A DNA stretch of 64,000 bases from Promethearchaeota archaeon (GCA_048939765.1 JBHLPF010000020.1:4527-68526), one strand, 5' to 3'; positions 20,458 to 31,249 are shown, numbered from the stretch's first letter. Notes: generated by a model not told the origin, from the letters alone. A program made the numbers and translations.

Positions 20458-20826
20458 ATGAACCTTAGAGAATCATTGATCCTGATTGCACATTCAGTTG
20501 TTATCTATTTCGTATGTTTTGCAGTGATGGGAATTTCTATGACTGCATTAGACATAGATTCAGCATTGATTGCGCATGCTGTTGCTGCGCCATTTGTATC
20601 TGCAGCGTTCTCATCCATCTACTACAAGAAATTCAACTACACGAGTCCTTTGGTGACAGCCACTGTGATAGTGGCTACAGTCATCTTGTTGGACTTCTTC
20701 CTCACAGCAACAATTATCCTCGGCGATTACAGTATGTTCTATAGCCCCATTGGAACATGGATTCCCTTCGCTTTAATCTTCAGTGCAGCGTTCATCGTAG
20801 GCTACTACTTGAATCGAGAGCAGTAG
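20458..20826 (+). CDS. Membrane protein (4 TM)
   Basis: Hydrophobic ORF with GTWIPFALIF motif. Confidence 0.7.
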   Translation: MNLRESLILIAHSVVIYFVCFAVMGISMTALDIDSALIAHAVAAPFVSAAFSSIYYKKFNYTSPLVTATVIVATVILLDFFLTATIILGDYSMFYSPIGTWIPFALIFSAAFIVGYYLNREQ

Positions 20827-21010
20827 AGACAATGTGCACACATCTAATCTTGTAGGCATCAACTTTGTTGAGGTTCCGTATCGCCTGCTTCGAACGCCGC
20901 CCTGAAATCAATCCAACATAATGAAATGTGAGAAAGGCAGTTGCCATTATCGCTCTCTGCTAGAAGCTTAAGATATAATGGCGGTTCGCTTTCTTCGTTC
21001 ATTCAGCTTG

Positions 21011-21066
21011 TTATGAATAGTAATTCATAAAAGCCGAATCAGTATATTATGAATAGTAATTCATAT
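21011..21066. promoter_or_regulatory. Two tandem TTATGAAT-N4-ATTCATA operators
   Basis: Inverted repeats at 21011-21030 and 21047-21066 (identical 19-mers) upstream of the RAM-mrp-RAM operon. Confidence 0.7.
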
Positions 21067-21115
21067 TGATGGTTCGTTCACATGCCACAATCAAATGAAC
21101 AAAAGGGGATGTTCA

Positions 21116-21346
21116 ATGGAAAACCTTAGAGTGAGTGTACTGATCCAAGTTGTTGGGAAACGAATATGGAGCATCTGCGATGAAATAAAGAGGGTTGAGG
21201 GGGTTAAGACAGTAAATGTCGTGGTTGGAACATTTGATGCAGTTGCTTATGCGGAATTGAATACAGCAAATCACTTGCCACTGTTCTTAGACAGGATGCA
21301 TAAGATACAGGGAATTACCAGAACAGAAACCTGTATTGCACTATAA
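21116..21346 (+). CDS. Stand-alone Lrp/AsnC RAM domain protein
   Basis: VEGVKTVNVVVGTFDAVAYAE...TETCIAL. Confidence 0.8.
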   Translation: MENLRVSVLIQVVGKRIWSICDEIKRVEGVKTVNVVVGTFDAVAYAELNTANHLPLFLDRMHKIQGITRTETCIAL

Positions 21347-21394
21347 TTGGAGAAATGTTAGCCACTATTCATTCCTTTGATTGAGAAATAACAG

Positions 21395-22243
21395 GTGGAT
21401 AATATGACAGACACAGCGACAAACGCAAAAGACCTGGTACCTCCTGAAGTCAGAGGGAATATGAAAGATGTTAAACACAAGATTGTTGTACTCTCTGGGA
21501 AAGGCGGTGTAGGAAAAACAACAGTAGCTACAAATTTAGCAATGTCCTTCGCCAAGCAAGGGCTGAAGTCGGGTATTCTTGATGTTGATATATATGGACC
21601 CAATGTGCCGAAGCTGTTGGGTCTTGAAGGACTTCATCCACAGGTAGAGAACGAAAGAATTCGACCCATAAGGGGCCCACTTAATCTCAAAGTAATGAGC
21701 ATGGGATTTCTTCTCAGAGAAACGGATGACGCAATCGCCTGGAGAGGTCCGATTGTTGGAAAAGCTATTCGTCAGTTTTTGAGTGATGTGATGTGGGGAG
21801 AACTTGACGTTCTGGTAGTGGACCTTCCTCCGGGCACAGGAGATGAGATACTTAGCATTCTCCAGTCGATTCCTGAAATAGATGGCGTGGTTATTGTATC
21901 AACGCCTCAGGAAGTTGCTGTGCTTGACGCTCGCCGAGCGATTCGTCTTGTGGGAAGAATGGGTGTGCCAGTTTTGGGCATAGTAGAGAACATGACTGAG
22001 TTTGTATGTCCGAAGTGCGGTGAAGTATACAGACTGTTTGGAGAAGGAGTGACCCAAAAAGCGGCGGAGGATTTCGGAGTGAACCACTTGGGCTCTTTGC
22101 CTCTAGATCCAAGAATCATAAGTCTGTCTGACAAGGGGACTCCTTTTGTTGAGGAGAATCCAGACTCCGAAGCAGCTAAAGCTTTCGGTTCTATAGTCAC
22201 TCAAATCAGCGAAATCATTGGACTAAGATTAGAAGGGAAATGA
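21395..22243 (+). CDS. mrp: Mrp/NBP35 (ApbC) Fe-S cluster carrier ATPase
   Basis: SGKGGVGKT, DVDIYGP, DLPPGTGD and ENM..FVCPKCG motifs. Confidence 0.92.
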   Translation: MDNMTDTATNAKDLVPPEVRGNMKDVKHKIVVLSGKGGVGKTTVATNLAMSFAKQGLKSGILDVDIYGPNVPKLLGLEGLHPQVENERIRPIRGPLNLKVMSMGFLLRETDDAIAWRGPIVGKAIRQFLSDVMWGELDVLVVDLPPGTGDEILSILQSIPEIDGVVIVSTPQEVAVLDARRAIRLVGRMGVPVLGIVENMTEFVCPKCGEVYRLFGEGVTQKAAEDFGVNHLGSLPLDPRIISLSDKGTPFVEENPDSEAAKAFGSIVTQISEIIGLRLEGK

Positions 22244-22476
22244 TTATGCATAGTATAAGAGTGAGTGTGCTAATCCAAGCAGTAGGAAAACGAATCCTGG
22301 AAGCCTCTAAGGAAATTGAGAAGATTGAAGGCATTAAGACGGTACATGTTGTTGTGGGGACGTTTGATGCAATTGCATATGCAGAACTGAACTCAACAAA
22401 TGAGTTGAAACAGCTCTTGAACAGCATTCATCGGATAGAGGGAATTGCCAGAACAGAAACCTGTATTGCAGTCTGA
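22240..22476 (+). CDS. Stand-alone Lrp/AsnC RAM domain protein
   Basis: Paralog of 21116-21346 (RVSVLIQ...GTFDAIAYAE...TETCIAV). Confidence 0.8.
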   Translation: MIMHSIRVSVLIQAVGKRILEASKEIEKIEGIKTVHVVVGTFDAIAYAELNSTNELKQLLNSIHRIEGIARTETCIAV

Positions 22477-22587
22477 CGCAGACCATAAGTAGAGACCTCC
22501 AAAGCCGGGATATGATTTATTGATGCTCACAGTATTTGGCGGAAAGGGAGGCACTGGACAATATTCTGTCATGATTCGAGGGAATGA

Positions 22588-23574
22588 ATGATGACATATA
22601 TCTACGGCCCCGTTTCTTCATGGAGGTACGGACGCTCTTTGGGTCTAGACGTGACTGCGCCTCCAAAGAAATGCACCTTCAATTGCGTTTACTGTCAGAT
22701 TGGTCCAACGAAAAGGCATGTTGATTCTCCTGAAGGATTGCAGAATACTATGCCTTCTCCCATTGATATCATCATCGAGCTAGGGCAAACATTGGAGAAA
22801 CTTGACAAGGAAACTATTGATGTTCTGACTTTCTCAGGAACTGGTGAACCAACGCTAAATATGAACATAGGGGAGACTCTCACTTCCGCTAGAGAGCGCG
22901 TAGGGGATCTACCGATTATTCTCCTGACAAATGCATCCCTCTTACCGAGAAGGGATGTTCGAAAAAGAATCTCAAGTTTCGACATTGTCACGGCCAAGTA
23001 TGATGCTGGCGATGAAGACACATTTAGGAGGATTAACCGCCCGGCACGGAGCGGATTTACCCTTCATGAGATTCAGGATGGAATTATACAGCTCCAGAGG
23101 GAAATGAAGGGCATGCTTGCCCTGGAGGTCATGTTGCTTCGTGGACCAAGAGGACTGTCAAACACTGAAGGTGCCTCTAGGAAGGCTTTGCTCGAAGGCA
23201 TAGCAGAGGTGAACCCAGACCTAGTTCAAATCTATACGCCCTGGAGACCTTCTGCAGTGAAATCAGTGAAACCTGTATCAAGTAGGATTCTTCATGAGTT
23301 TGGAAGTGAGCTTGAGGAATACTTCGGAAAGGAGAGGCTATGGATATACGGAACACATGATGCTCGAGGCCAAGGTGTCAAATGGAAGTCTCATCATAAC
23401 ATCGAGGAGGAGATAATGGACCTGCTGCGTCGTAGGCCATGTAGAATTGCTGACATTACTAAATCATTAGACTTACAGTCTTCCACAACTACATGTATCA
23501 TTGGTAAACTGCAGGTTGCAGGGAGAGTTAGAGTGAAGCGGATGCAGACCGATGTGTTTTATGAATCTGGTTGA
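22588..23574 (+). CDS. Radical SAM protein (COG0731-like) with C-terminal HTH
   Basis: YGPVSSWRYGRSLG, CTFNCVYC and SGTGEPTL motifs. Confidence 0.85.
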   Translation: MMTYIYGPVSSWRYGRSLGLDVTAPPKKCTFNCVYCQIGPTKRHVDSPEGLQNTMPSPIDIIIELGQTLEKLDKETIDVLTFSGTGEPTLNMNIGETLTSARERVGDLPIILLTNASLLPRRDVRKRISSFDIVTAKYDAGDEDTFRRINRPARSGFTLHEIQDGIIQLQREMKGMLALEVMLLRGPRGLSNTEGASRKALLEGIAEVNPDLVQIYTPWRPSAVKSVKPVSSRILHEFGSELEEYFGKERLWIYGTHDARGQGVKWKSHHNIEEEIMDLLRRRPCRIADITKSLDLQSSTTTCIIGKLQVAGRVRVKRMQTDVFYESG

Positions 23575-23664
23575 TTCCAGAGTTCTCAAAACTGAGCAAC
23601 TGATATTCTAAATCTCATCCCCACGGGACCTTATGGATATCCCTGAGATTCTTCATTGTTAGAG

Positions 23665-24534
23665 CTATGAAGTAGGAGTATGTTCCAGTATTGACTTGGC
23701 TGGCACCCTGTTCATATCAAGACCCACCTCGTTCTCATCAAGACCCATTGCGAGACCGAGTATCTGTGTATAGAAGAGGACTGGAAGGTCATACTCCTCG
23801 CCATAGGACTCCTTCAGACCTAGTTGTTGCAGGTCAAGCTGGTTGCAGCATGCAGGACAGACAACGGTGGCAAAGACAGCTCCCGACTCCTTCATTGATT
23901 TGAGCTTGTCACGGGCAAGTCTTATGGCCAAATCCTCATCCACTGGAAGCACCGTGGCACCGCAGCACTGCTTCCAGAGAGGATACTCGATGACTTTCGC
24001 TCCAGTGGCTTCCACAAGTTCATCCAGAATCCTATGATCGAATTCAGTCACATCTGCAGGACGCAGAAGATGGCATCCATAATGAATTGCTATCCCCACA
24101 CCATCAAGGGGCTTTGTAACCTTCTTTCTTATTGCATCAATGCCAATATCGTTGTAGAGGACTTCTACGATATGACGCGGTTTGCTCACGCCCTTGAACT
24201 CGAGGTTGTCTTTTGCTAGCTCTTCGTTGACTTTTTCTCTGTATTTGGCATCATGCATGAGAAGATGGCACACATCCTTCAGACTCCCAAAACAACCATT
24301 GCATGGGGTCAGAATGTCATGTCCAATGCGGTCAGCTATGGCAAGCGTACGAGCATTTACCTTCACCCAGCCCGAGTAGTCCATTGCCCTCAGATTAGGA
24401 CTGCCACAGCATGACACGCCTTCAAGGTATTGAAGTTCCAATCCTAAGGACCCTGCTACTCGAAGCATTGATGCTTCATAGTTGGGATAATTTGCTGGAA
24501 CACTGCAACCCATGTAAAGGCTATATGTTGGCAT
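23665..24534 (-). CDS. hdrB: Heterodisulfide reductase subunit B
   Basis: Two CCG domains (SCCG, PCNGC, HYGCH, QCCG, CPAC). Confidence 0.92.
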   Translation of the reverse strand: MPTYSLYMGCSVPANYPNYEASMLRVAGSLGLELQYLEGVSCCGSPNLRAMDYSGWVKVNARTLAIADRIGHDILTPCNGCFGSLKDVCHLLMHDAKYREKVNEELAKDNLEFKGVSKPRHIVEVLYNDIGIDAIRKKVTKPLDGVGIAIHYGCHLLRPADVTEFDHRILDELVEATGAKVIEYPLWKQCCGATVLPVDEDLAIRLARDKLKSMKESGAVFATVVCPACCNQLDLQQLGLKESYGEEYDLPVLFYTQILGLAMGLDENEVGLDMNRVPAKSILEHTPTS

Positions 24535-24535
24535 T

Positions 24536-25084
24536 CTATTCACCTCCCTTGACGAGTCGCCCAGTTCTTGTTTCACTGAGAGTCCGTTTCACAGACTCGG
24601 TCGAGAGCCCAGGCACTTCGGGTTCTAAATCCAGGTCCTCCCTTTCCCAGTCAGCAGTGACAGTGTATAGCTGTCCCTTCTCAATGAGCTCCTTTCCAAG
24701 AGCAACGATGCTGCTTGGAATCCGACCCTCTTCAGCTGCGAGATTCTTACAGTCAAAGAAGATGTCGGTCACTCGCACATTCTGTGGACATCGTTCTTGG
24801 CACTCGAAACAAGTCAGACAAAGCCATATCTCCCTTGACGAGAGCACCTTTTCCCGCATTCCAAGAAGCATCATCCGAATCAGCTGGTGTGGTTTGAGAT
24901 TCCATATGTTCGCAATAGGACATGCTGCTGTACAAGTCGAGCAGGCAAAGCAGGCTGACAGATCATCAGCATTTGGCATGCTCTGTATCTCTCTTCGGAA
25001 TCCAGGATCCAGATCTGACATATCAATGGGGTCGATGAAGACCTCAGGAGGGGCTTTCTTGGCGTTGCCTTCTGGAATGGTCAT
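24536..25084 (-). CDS. hdrC: Heterodisulfide reductase subunit C
   Basis: CFACSTCTAACP and WLCLTCFECQERCP motifs. Confidence 0.92.
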   Translation of the reverse strand: MTIPEGNAKKAPPEVFIDPIDMSDLDPGFRREIQSMPNADDLSACFACSTCTAACPIANIWNLKPHQLIRMMLLGMREKVLSSREIWLCLTCFECQERCPQNVRVTDIFFDCKNLAAEEGRIPSSIVALGKELIEKGQLYTVTADWEREDLDLEPEVPGLSTESVKRTLSETRTGRLVKGGE

Positions 25085-27111
25085 GCACCTCCAGATGTCT
25101 TCTCAGCCTGTTCACGGCTTCTGTGTGCTGAGATGAGACCGAGTATCTCAGCCTCTATCTGCTCTGTTGTGAAGTTTCTTCTAGAGATGGCCCCAGTCGG
25201 ACAAACGACCTGACACTTCCCACATCCTGTACATAGAAGCGAGCTCACTTCCGCCAGCCCGCCTCCGTCTTCATTGACAACCATAGATATTGCAGCGAAT
25301 GGACACACCTTCTCGCAAAGACCACAGCCAATGCATAGCGTTTTATCGAGCACAGCCTTGTCCATCTGAACACGGACTGTCCCCTTGAGGACATGTGAGG
25401 CGGCTGCACTTGCTGCGGCTTTTCCATCAGCAACACTTGCTGGAATGTCCTTAGGACTCTGACAGGCTCCAGCGATAAATACACCCCTAGACTTGGTGTT
25501 CACGGGTTCGAGCTTCGGATGTAGTTCCTTCATGAAGCCACCTTCACTCCGGTCCACTCCAATCATATGCGCCAAATGTGCTGCTCCCGGTGATGGATCG
25601 ATAGCCATTGTCAAGACAACCATGTCAAAGTTCAGACGCAGTAGACTGCCTGTCCCCTGATCAAACACGGTGAAGCTGATGCTGCCGTCCTCTTCCTCCA
25701 CCATGTCACTTGGAAAGCCTCGAACAAACCTCACTCCACTCTCTCTCACTCGTCTATAGAACTGCTCGTACTCCTTACCACCGGCTCTGAGCTCATGATA
25801 GATTATCCATTGTTCAATCTCATCGGGGTACAGTCTATTGGTCATCTCAGCATGTCGCAGAGTGTACATACATCCGAAGTTACAGCACCAAGACCGATGA
25901 TTTTCATCCCTTGATCCTGCGCAGTTGACATACGCAATACGCTTGGGAACCCTCTCGAACTTTGGAGGCAAGAGTATCTTCCCCTCAGTTGGTCCCACAA
26001 GACTCAATAGACGACCATATTGACCTGCAGTCAACACGTTGGTGAATTTCCCTCCTCCATACTCTGGCAGCTCCTCGATGTCCATCTCTTTGTATCCAGT
26101 TGCAGCTAGGATTGCTCCAACAGTGATCTCAATCTCTTCCTCTTCCACATCGAATGAAATGGCTTCACGAGGACACTTCTCTTTGCAGATGGAACAACCT
26201 TCTGTCCAGTGAAGACATGATTCCCTATCGAGAAAGAACACACCTGGGACAGCCTGTGGGAACGGCTTGTATACTGCCTTTCTCTCTCCAAGTCCAAGGT
26301 TCCACTCATCAGGACCAGTTGCAGGACAGTTACGCTCACAGGCCCCGCAGTTGATACACTCCTCCATGTTCACATACCTAGGTTTCTTCTTGATGCGCAC
26401 CTTGAAGTTACCATAGTCTCGCTCAACATCAATAACCTCTGAGTAGCTGAGCAGCTCAATGTTCTTGTGACGCTCTATTGCAGACAGCTTGGGTGAGAGA
26501 ATGCACATCGAGCAGTCAAGGGTTGGAAAGGTCTTCTCCAGACGGGCCATATATCCACCAATTGATGTGTACCTCTCTACAAGGTAGACTTTGATGTCCT
26601 TGTCCGCTAGGTCAAGAGCAGCCTGTATGCCTGCAATTCCAGCACCAATCACTAGAGTACTCTTTTCCACAGGGTATTCTTCAAACCCGATGTCCTCCAG
26701 CTTCTTTGCCCGTTCAATGGCCCCCGCCACGAGGTCATATGCAATCTTGTATGCCTCCTCTGGTTTATCACCATGAACCCATGTGTCATGCTCTCTAAGG
26801 TTTGCTTGTGCAAGGCGGAATGGGTTGAGGCCACTCTCTTCAAGTATCTCTCTGAATAATTGTTCGTGGAGCTTGGGTGTACAGGCTCCGATGACGACAC
26901 CCGTGAGGTTATGCTCTTTGACCTTCGAAGCTATCGAGTCCTGTCCATCTTTTGAACAGGTGAACATGTTTGACGTGGAAAACACAACACCAGGATAGTC
27001 CTTGAACTCTCGAGCCAGTTTCCTTACGTTGATTACACCACCAATGTTTGTCCCACAGCTGCAAATGAAGACTCCAATCCGATCTTCCTCTTTCTTCTTC
27101 TTCTTTGTCAA
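25081..27111 (-). CDS. hdrA: Heterodisulfide reductase subunit A (canonical)
   Basis: GVFICSCGTNI, GAGIAG, KTFPTLDCSMC, CAGSRD..WCCNFGC and ferredoxin motifs. Confidence 0.95.
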   Translation of the reverse strand: MTKKKKKEEDRIGVFICSCGTNIGGVINVRKLAREFKDYPGVVFSTSNMFTCSKDGQDSIASKVKEHNLTGVVIGACTPKLHEQLFREILEESGLNPFRLAQANLREHDTWVHGDKPEEAYKIAYDLVAGAIERAKKLEDIGFEEYPVEKSTLVIGAGIAGIQAALDLADKDIKVYLVERYTSIGGYMARLEKTFPTLDCSMCILSPKLSAIERHKNIELLSYSEVIDVERDYGNFKVRIKKKPRYVNMEECINCGACERNCPATGPDEWNLGLGERKAVYKPFPQAVPGVFFLDRESCLHWTEGCSICKEKCPREAISFDVEEEEIEITVGAILAATGYKEMDIEELPEYGGGKFTNVLTAGQYGRLLSLVGPTEGKILLPPKFERVPKRIAYVNCAGSRDENHRSWCCNFGCMYTLRHAEMTNRLYPDEIEQWIIYHELRAGGKEYEQFYRRVRESGVRFVRGFPSDMVEEEDGSISFTVFDQGTGSLLRLNFDMVVLTMAIDPSPGAAHLAHMIGVDRSEGGFMKELHPKLEPVNTKSRGVFIAGACQSPKDIPASVADGKAAASAAASHVLKGTVRVQMDKAVLDKTLCIGCGLCEKVCPFAAISMVVNEDGGGLAEVSSLLCTGCGKCQVVCPTGAISRRNFTTEQIEAEILGLISAHRSREQAEKTSGGA

Positions 27112-28026
27112 CTAGGAGTCCACCTCCAGTTTCCCTCTGACAGGACTAGGTCCCAAATTCTTGATCCTCTCAACAAACTCAGTCACAATCTCTGCAAACT
27201 TTACTCCCATAGCCGCTGATGCAAAGTCGATGTATAGCCTACCACCAAGACCAATATCCTCAAGCATGCTTTGCCAGAAATGAACGAAGTCAGCCTGCAT
27301 GAAGTTTCCAGCCAGTGGGTCATCACCGCCATAGTGACATTCAGACAGAAGGCACCCTGTCACCAATACTCCATCTACTCCATTCTCCAAGGCGGTCATT
27401 ATCTGAATGGGTTCCACTGCGCCACTACAGGGAACTCTTACAGTGCGAATATTGGTAGGATAATGTAGATGCATCAGTCCAGCCAGATCAGCGGCGGAAT
27501 GAGAACACTCCCAACACACGAAACAGATTATGAATGGCTCCCAGTCAGACACCTCTACTGATGGAGGTGCTTCTACCTCACCTATGACACTCACCAAGTC
27601 ATAGGTCTTCTCCAGTGTGAGGCAGTCCTCTGGACAAGCCTCAACACACTTGTTACAGGCAATGCATCTTTGAGCTGACCAAATTATGGAACCGTATCCT
27701 GGAAGACCAGCGGGTACAGATACGACTTGCGTTTCACCATTCTGATTCAGCGCCTGTAACAGTGATATCAGGGATCCACGGTTTTTAGACCTGAAACCAT
27801 CCTCAGGCAATACTGCCGCTAGATAATCTGGAAGTCTCACTGATGCCTCCAAGTCAAGAGCCTCAACCTCGCACGCCTCAATGCACTTCTTACATGCACT
27901 GCACGAAGGCGGCCTGTAACTAATGCTTCCAAATCCCTCCACTTTCTCTGGCACTTCCAGAATCTGGGTTGGCGTCTGCACTGCAATGTTCCGTATCTTC
28001 TGAATGAGTCGTTCACGCTTATCCAT
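27112..28026 (-). CDS. Ferredoxin-MvhD fusion
   Basis: Two CxxCxxCxxxC motifs followed by MvhD (CWECS, VPCSG, GCLLSECHY). Confidence 0.85.
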   Translation of the reverse strand: MDKRERLIQKIRNIAVQTPTQILEVPEKVEGFGSISYRPPSCSACKKCIEACEVEALDLEASVRLPDYLAAVLPEDGFRSKNRGSLISLLQALNQNGETQVVSVPAGLPGYGSIIWSAQRCIACNKCVEACPEDCLTLEKTYDLVSVIGEVEAPPSVEVSDWEPFIICFVCWECSHSAADLAGLMHLHYPTNIRTVRVPCSGAVEPIQIMTALENGVDGVLVTGCLLSECHYGGDDPLAGNFMQADFVHFWQSMLEDIGLGGRLYIDFASAAMGVKFAEIVTEFVERIKNLGPSPVRGKLEVDS

Positions 28027-29983
28027 GCAGCCCCACCTCCTTCTGCATCTTCTCAGGCGTAGCCGCCATCATATATGTCGCAAGAACCTGGGCTGGGTCT
28101 TGACCTATCTCACGTAACAAATCCTTGGTAAGGCGTACAACAAGCTCTGAGTGATGATCACCGCTCTGGTGATGACATCCGCCAGGTGGACAGTGTGCCA
28201 CAATGACTCGCTCCGCTCCTACAATCAGGCCCTTTAGAATCTCAATAGGGGAAACCATCCCAGCACAAGGGAACTGAATCACATAGGTTCCTGTAGAATA
28301 GATCTTTCCAGCAAAACCAGCTTGGTCCACAGACGCGTTGGCACACTCACTACACGCGTAGATGAGTGTGAATGGGTTCTTCTTCTCAAGACGCTTGTGG
28401 GTCTTAGCTATCATCTCGAGTCTCGCAAACCAGCTCTCCTTGCTGTGTGATTGGAACTCAATAGCACGGGTTGGACAGGATGACACACAGATACCACAGA
28501 ACTCACAGTGTGCAGGAATGTGAATCACTTTGTCATCGTACAGACGTAATGCATCATTGGGACAGGCCTCAATACAGGCCTTACAAGCATCACATGTTTC
28601 GTCATCGATGACAGGCATCCATCCAGAACGCTGTAAGGGAGTCTTGACTATCTTTAGGGCCTCCAAGACGGCATTCTGAGCCGAAGCCAATGCATGTGAG
28701 AGGCCCATTGGCATCTTCGCCCCTCCTGCCACAAACATACCCCTTCTTGAGGTCTGTACTGGTTTCATCTTGTCGTACCTAGTCTTGATGAAGTTGTGAT
28801 CATTGCGTTCCAGACCAAGTGTGGTTGCCAAGCGGGCCGTGTCGCTGACTGGGCTGACCACCTGAAACACTGCGATGGTATCCACGGTGACCTCTCTCTC
28901 CATCGATTCGAGCGTGCTGTCAATAAGGCATGTCATACCCTCATCGTGTTCCTTGACCTTGGTCAACCCACCACGTACAAAGATCACTCCGGAGTCCCTG
29001 GCTTTTCGATAGAGATTCTCGTCCTCTGTCCTGATGCTTGAATGGGAAACAAAGACAGTGTTTCCTAGACTAGCAAGAAACTCAGCTGATCTCAGGAGAT
29101 GACTCCCCTCAGCTGAGCACATCTGGACGTCGGGATCGGTCACGACCAAGATGGTCGAGTTCCCCTTTACATCCTTCTTCCTGGGTCTCCTGACTAGGCT
29201 CTGAAGAGTCACAACCCTGTCGGATTTCCCATAGCGACACTTCCTTGCTATGCCAGGGAGGTAGTACTCAGTGCCTGTAGCGATTATGACCGCTCCATAG
29301 TCCTGCGTGGTCATGACGCCATTGGAGTCTTTCAAGGTGATCTCGTACGATCCCATCTGCCCTTGGACCTCTTGCACAGAACCCTGGACGCGCTCCACCT
29401 TAGTGAGTGATTTCTGAAGGGCCTCAAGTTCTTGTGTTAGCAACTCCCCCTCACCCATGTACAGAGAGGCTTCATAATACTTGTCATCATTCTGATCCAT
29501 TGGCTCAAGAAGAGTAACTCCCAGATTCAGATGTTTAAGATCTGATGCAGCTCGTAGACCAGCAATCCCGCCTCCAATAACAAGGACCCTTTCAATCACA
29601 TTCTCCCTGAATTCAGTCGGTGGTTCGATATAGTCCAGCTTTACTGCAGCATCAGATAGAAGGACGATGGCCTTGTTTGTCGCAGACTTACCCCCATCTG
29701 GATGAACCCAAGCTACGTGTTCTCTGAGAGGTACAAAAGAAATGAGTTCATGCTTGGTAGTCTGTTTCACTGGAATACCAATGATTTGAGAACTGCATGC
29801 TCCAATCGCCACGCTATCATCCTTTGAGAGGCTCATTTTGAGCTTGGATAGTCCTTCCTCCAAACAGAGACTGTCAACAGTTTCAATGATGTCAAAGGTC
29901 TTTGCCAGCTCCTTCTCAATCTTAGAGAAGTCCAATGTCCGATTGAGTGTCTTGTTGCAGGTGCAGAGAAACAGCTTCTTCAT
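28019..29983 (-). CDS. Divergent HdrA-ferredoxin-MvhD fusion
   Basis: LCTC, REHVAWVH and GGGIAG motifs; C-terminal 2x4Fe-4S and MvhD (CSEC, FPCAG, HCPPGGCHH). Confidence 0.85.
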   Translation of the reverse strand: MKKLFLCTCNKTLNRTLDFSKIEKELAKTFDIIETVDSLCLEEGLSKLKMSLSKDDSVAIGACSSQIIGIPVKQTTKHELISFVPLREHVAWVHPDGGKSATNKAIVLLSDAAVKLDYIEPPTEFRENVIERVLVIGGGIAGLRAASDLKHLNLGVTLLEPMDQNDDKYYEASLYMGEGELLTQELEALQKSLTKVERVQGSVQEVQGQMGSYEITLKDSNGVMTTQDYGAVIIATGTEYYLPGIARKCRYGKSDRVVTLQSLVRRPRKKDVKGNSTILVVTDPDVQMCSAEGSHLLRSAEFLASLGNTVFVSHSSIRTEDENLYRKARDSGVIFVRGGLTKVKEHDEGMTCLIDSTLESMEREVTVDTIAVFQVVSPVSDTARLATTLGLERNDHNFIKTRYDKMKPVQTSRRGMFVAGGAKMPMGLSHALASAQNAVLEALKIVKTPLQRSGWMPVIDDETCDACKACIEACPNDALRLYDDKVIHIPAHCEFCGICVSSCPTRAIEFQSHSKESWFARLEMIAKTHKRLEKKNPFTLIYACSECANASVDQAGFAGKIYSTGTYVIQFPCAGMVSPIEILKGLIVGAERVIVAHCPPGGCHHQSGDHHSELVVRLTKDLLREIGQDPAQVLATYMMAATPEKMQKEVGLHG

Positions 29984-31249
29984 CTAGGCACCCCCTAAGT
30001 CCATGTAGACCTGTAATGCCACAGAGTTTGCCTCAGTTACACTCGTGGGGATGTCAGTAGGTCCTGTTGATGTCCCACAAGCATAGATCCCTTTCTTGGA
30101 GGCCTGACGGGAGACGAATCCATACTGGTCAAGCATTGCCATGAATTCTTCATTCTCAGATGCGAGAGGGATGAGGGGTGAGGCCAATACAACAAGGTCT
30201 GACTCAAGCTCAAGTCGTTTCTTCGACTCGGTGTCCTCCACAACTGTGACCGGAGCCTCATTTCGGATGATGACGTGGTCAGGCTTTCCTCGCACAAAGC
30301 TGACCCCTAGCTCTCTTGCTAGATCGAGATAGTGCTGACTATGAGGCGGGATTCGGAGGTCCATGTAGCATATAGTAACGTTGACCCCTAGACCTCTCAG
30401 CATGGTTGCATGCTTCAAGCTATATGTACAGCAAGCCTGTGAACAATACTCGACCGCGTTCAGGTCCCTACTGCCTGCACACAGAACCATCGTGACGGAT
30501 TCCACTGGATTTCCTGAGGAGGTGAGGACTGAACCATTTGTAGGCCCTGTCGAGTCAAGAAGACGAGCTAACTCTCGTTGAGTAAGGATATCGTCGCACT
30601 CGCCATATGCATATCCGGGAAGCGAGATTGGATTTCTCTCCTCCACACCAGTCGCAATGACCACTGCATCAGCCTTCACAGTATGGCTCTTGGCTTTCTG
30701 TTCTAGATTGATGGCATCCACTCCGCAGACCTCAACACATTTCCCGCACTTGTTGCAAGACTCGATGTCAATCACTGGGATGAGTGGGGCTCCCTGTGGA
30801 ATTGGTCTGTAGATGGCCTTCCGCTGGCTCTTCCCGAGGTTCAGCGCGTCTGGTACCTCAACAGGACAGACGTTGATGCACTCCAAACACACGACACATC
30901 TGTCTGTCGAAATGAGCCTCGGAGCGGTCCGGAGGGATACAGAAAACTTACCTCCATCCTTCTTTATGGATTTGACATCGGTCAATGTATGGAGTGTCAA
31001 CCCCTTCTGTAGACCAAGTAGGCTCCTATATTGACAACGACGATGTTTCCCATCATACAATTCCTCACAAACATCAAGGCAAAGTGCACAGTCGTCAGTA
31101 GGAAAGACCTTGCCAAGATGAGTCGAGAGACCCCCCACTGTTGCTTCCTTCTCTACCAGATGAACTCTCAACCTGAGATCTGAAAGCTGTTGAGCGACCT
31201 GTATGCCTGCAAGTCCAGCTCCAATCACAACTACAGTCTTCGTCGTCAT
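29984..31249 (-). CDS. Short HdrA-like flavoprotein (core plus inserted ferredoxin)
   Basis: GAGLAG, KVFPTDDCALC and CAGSRD..YCSQACC motifs; lacks HdrA N- and C-terminal domains. Confidence 0.85.
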   Translation of the reverse strand: MTTKTVVVIGAGLAGIQVAQQLSDLRLRVHLVEKEATVGGLSTHLGKVFPTDDCALCLDVCEELYDGKHRRCQYRSLLGLQKGLTLHTLTDVKSIKKDGGKFSVSLRTAPRLISTDRCVVCLECINVCPVEVPDALNLGKSQRKAIYRPIPQGAPLIPVIDIESCNKCGKCVEVCGVDAINLEQKAKSHTVKADAVVIATGVEERNPISLPGYAYGECDDILTQRELARLLDSTGPTNGSVLTSSGNPVESVTMVLCAGSRDLNAVEYCSQACCTYSLKHATMLRGLGVNVTICYMDLRIPPHSQHYLDLARELGVSFVRGKPDHVIIRNEAPVTVVEDTESKKRLELESDLVVLASPLIPLASENEEFMAMLDQYGFVSRQASKKGIYACGTSTGPTDIPTSVTEANSVALQVYMDLGGA

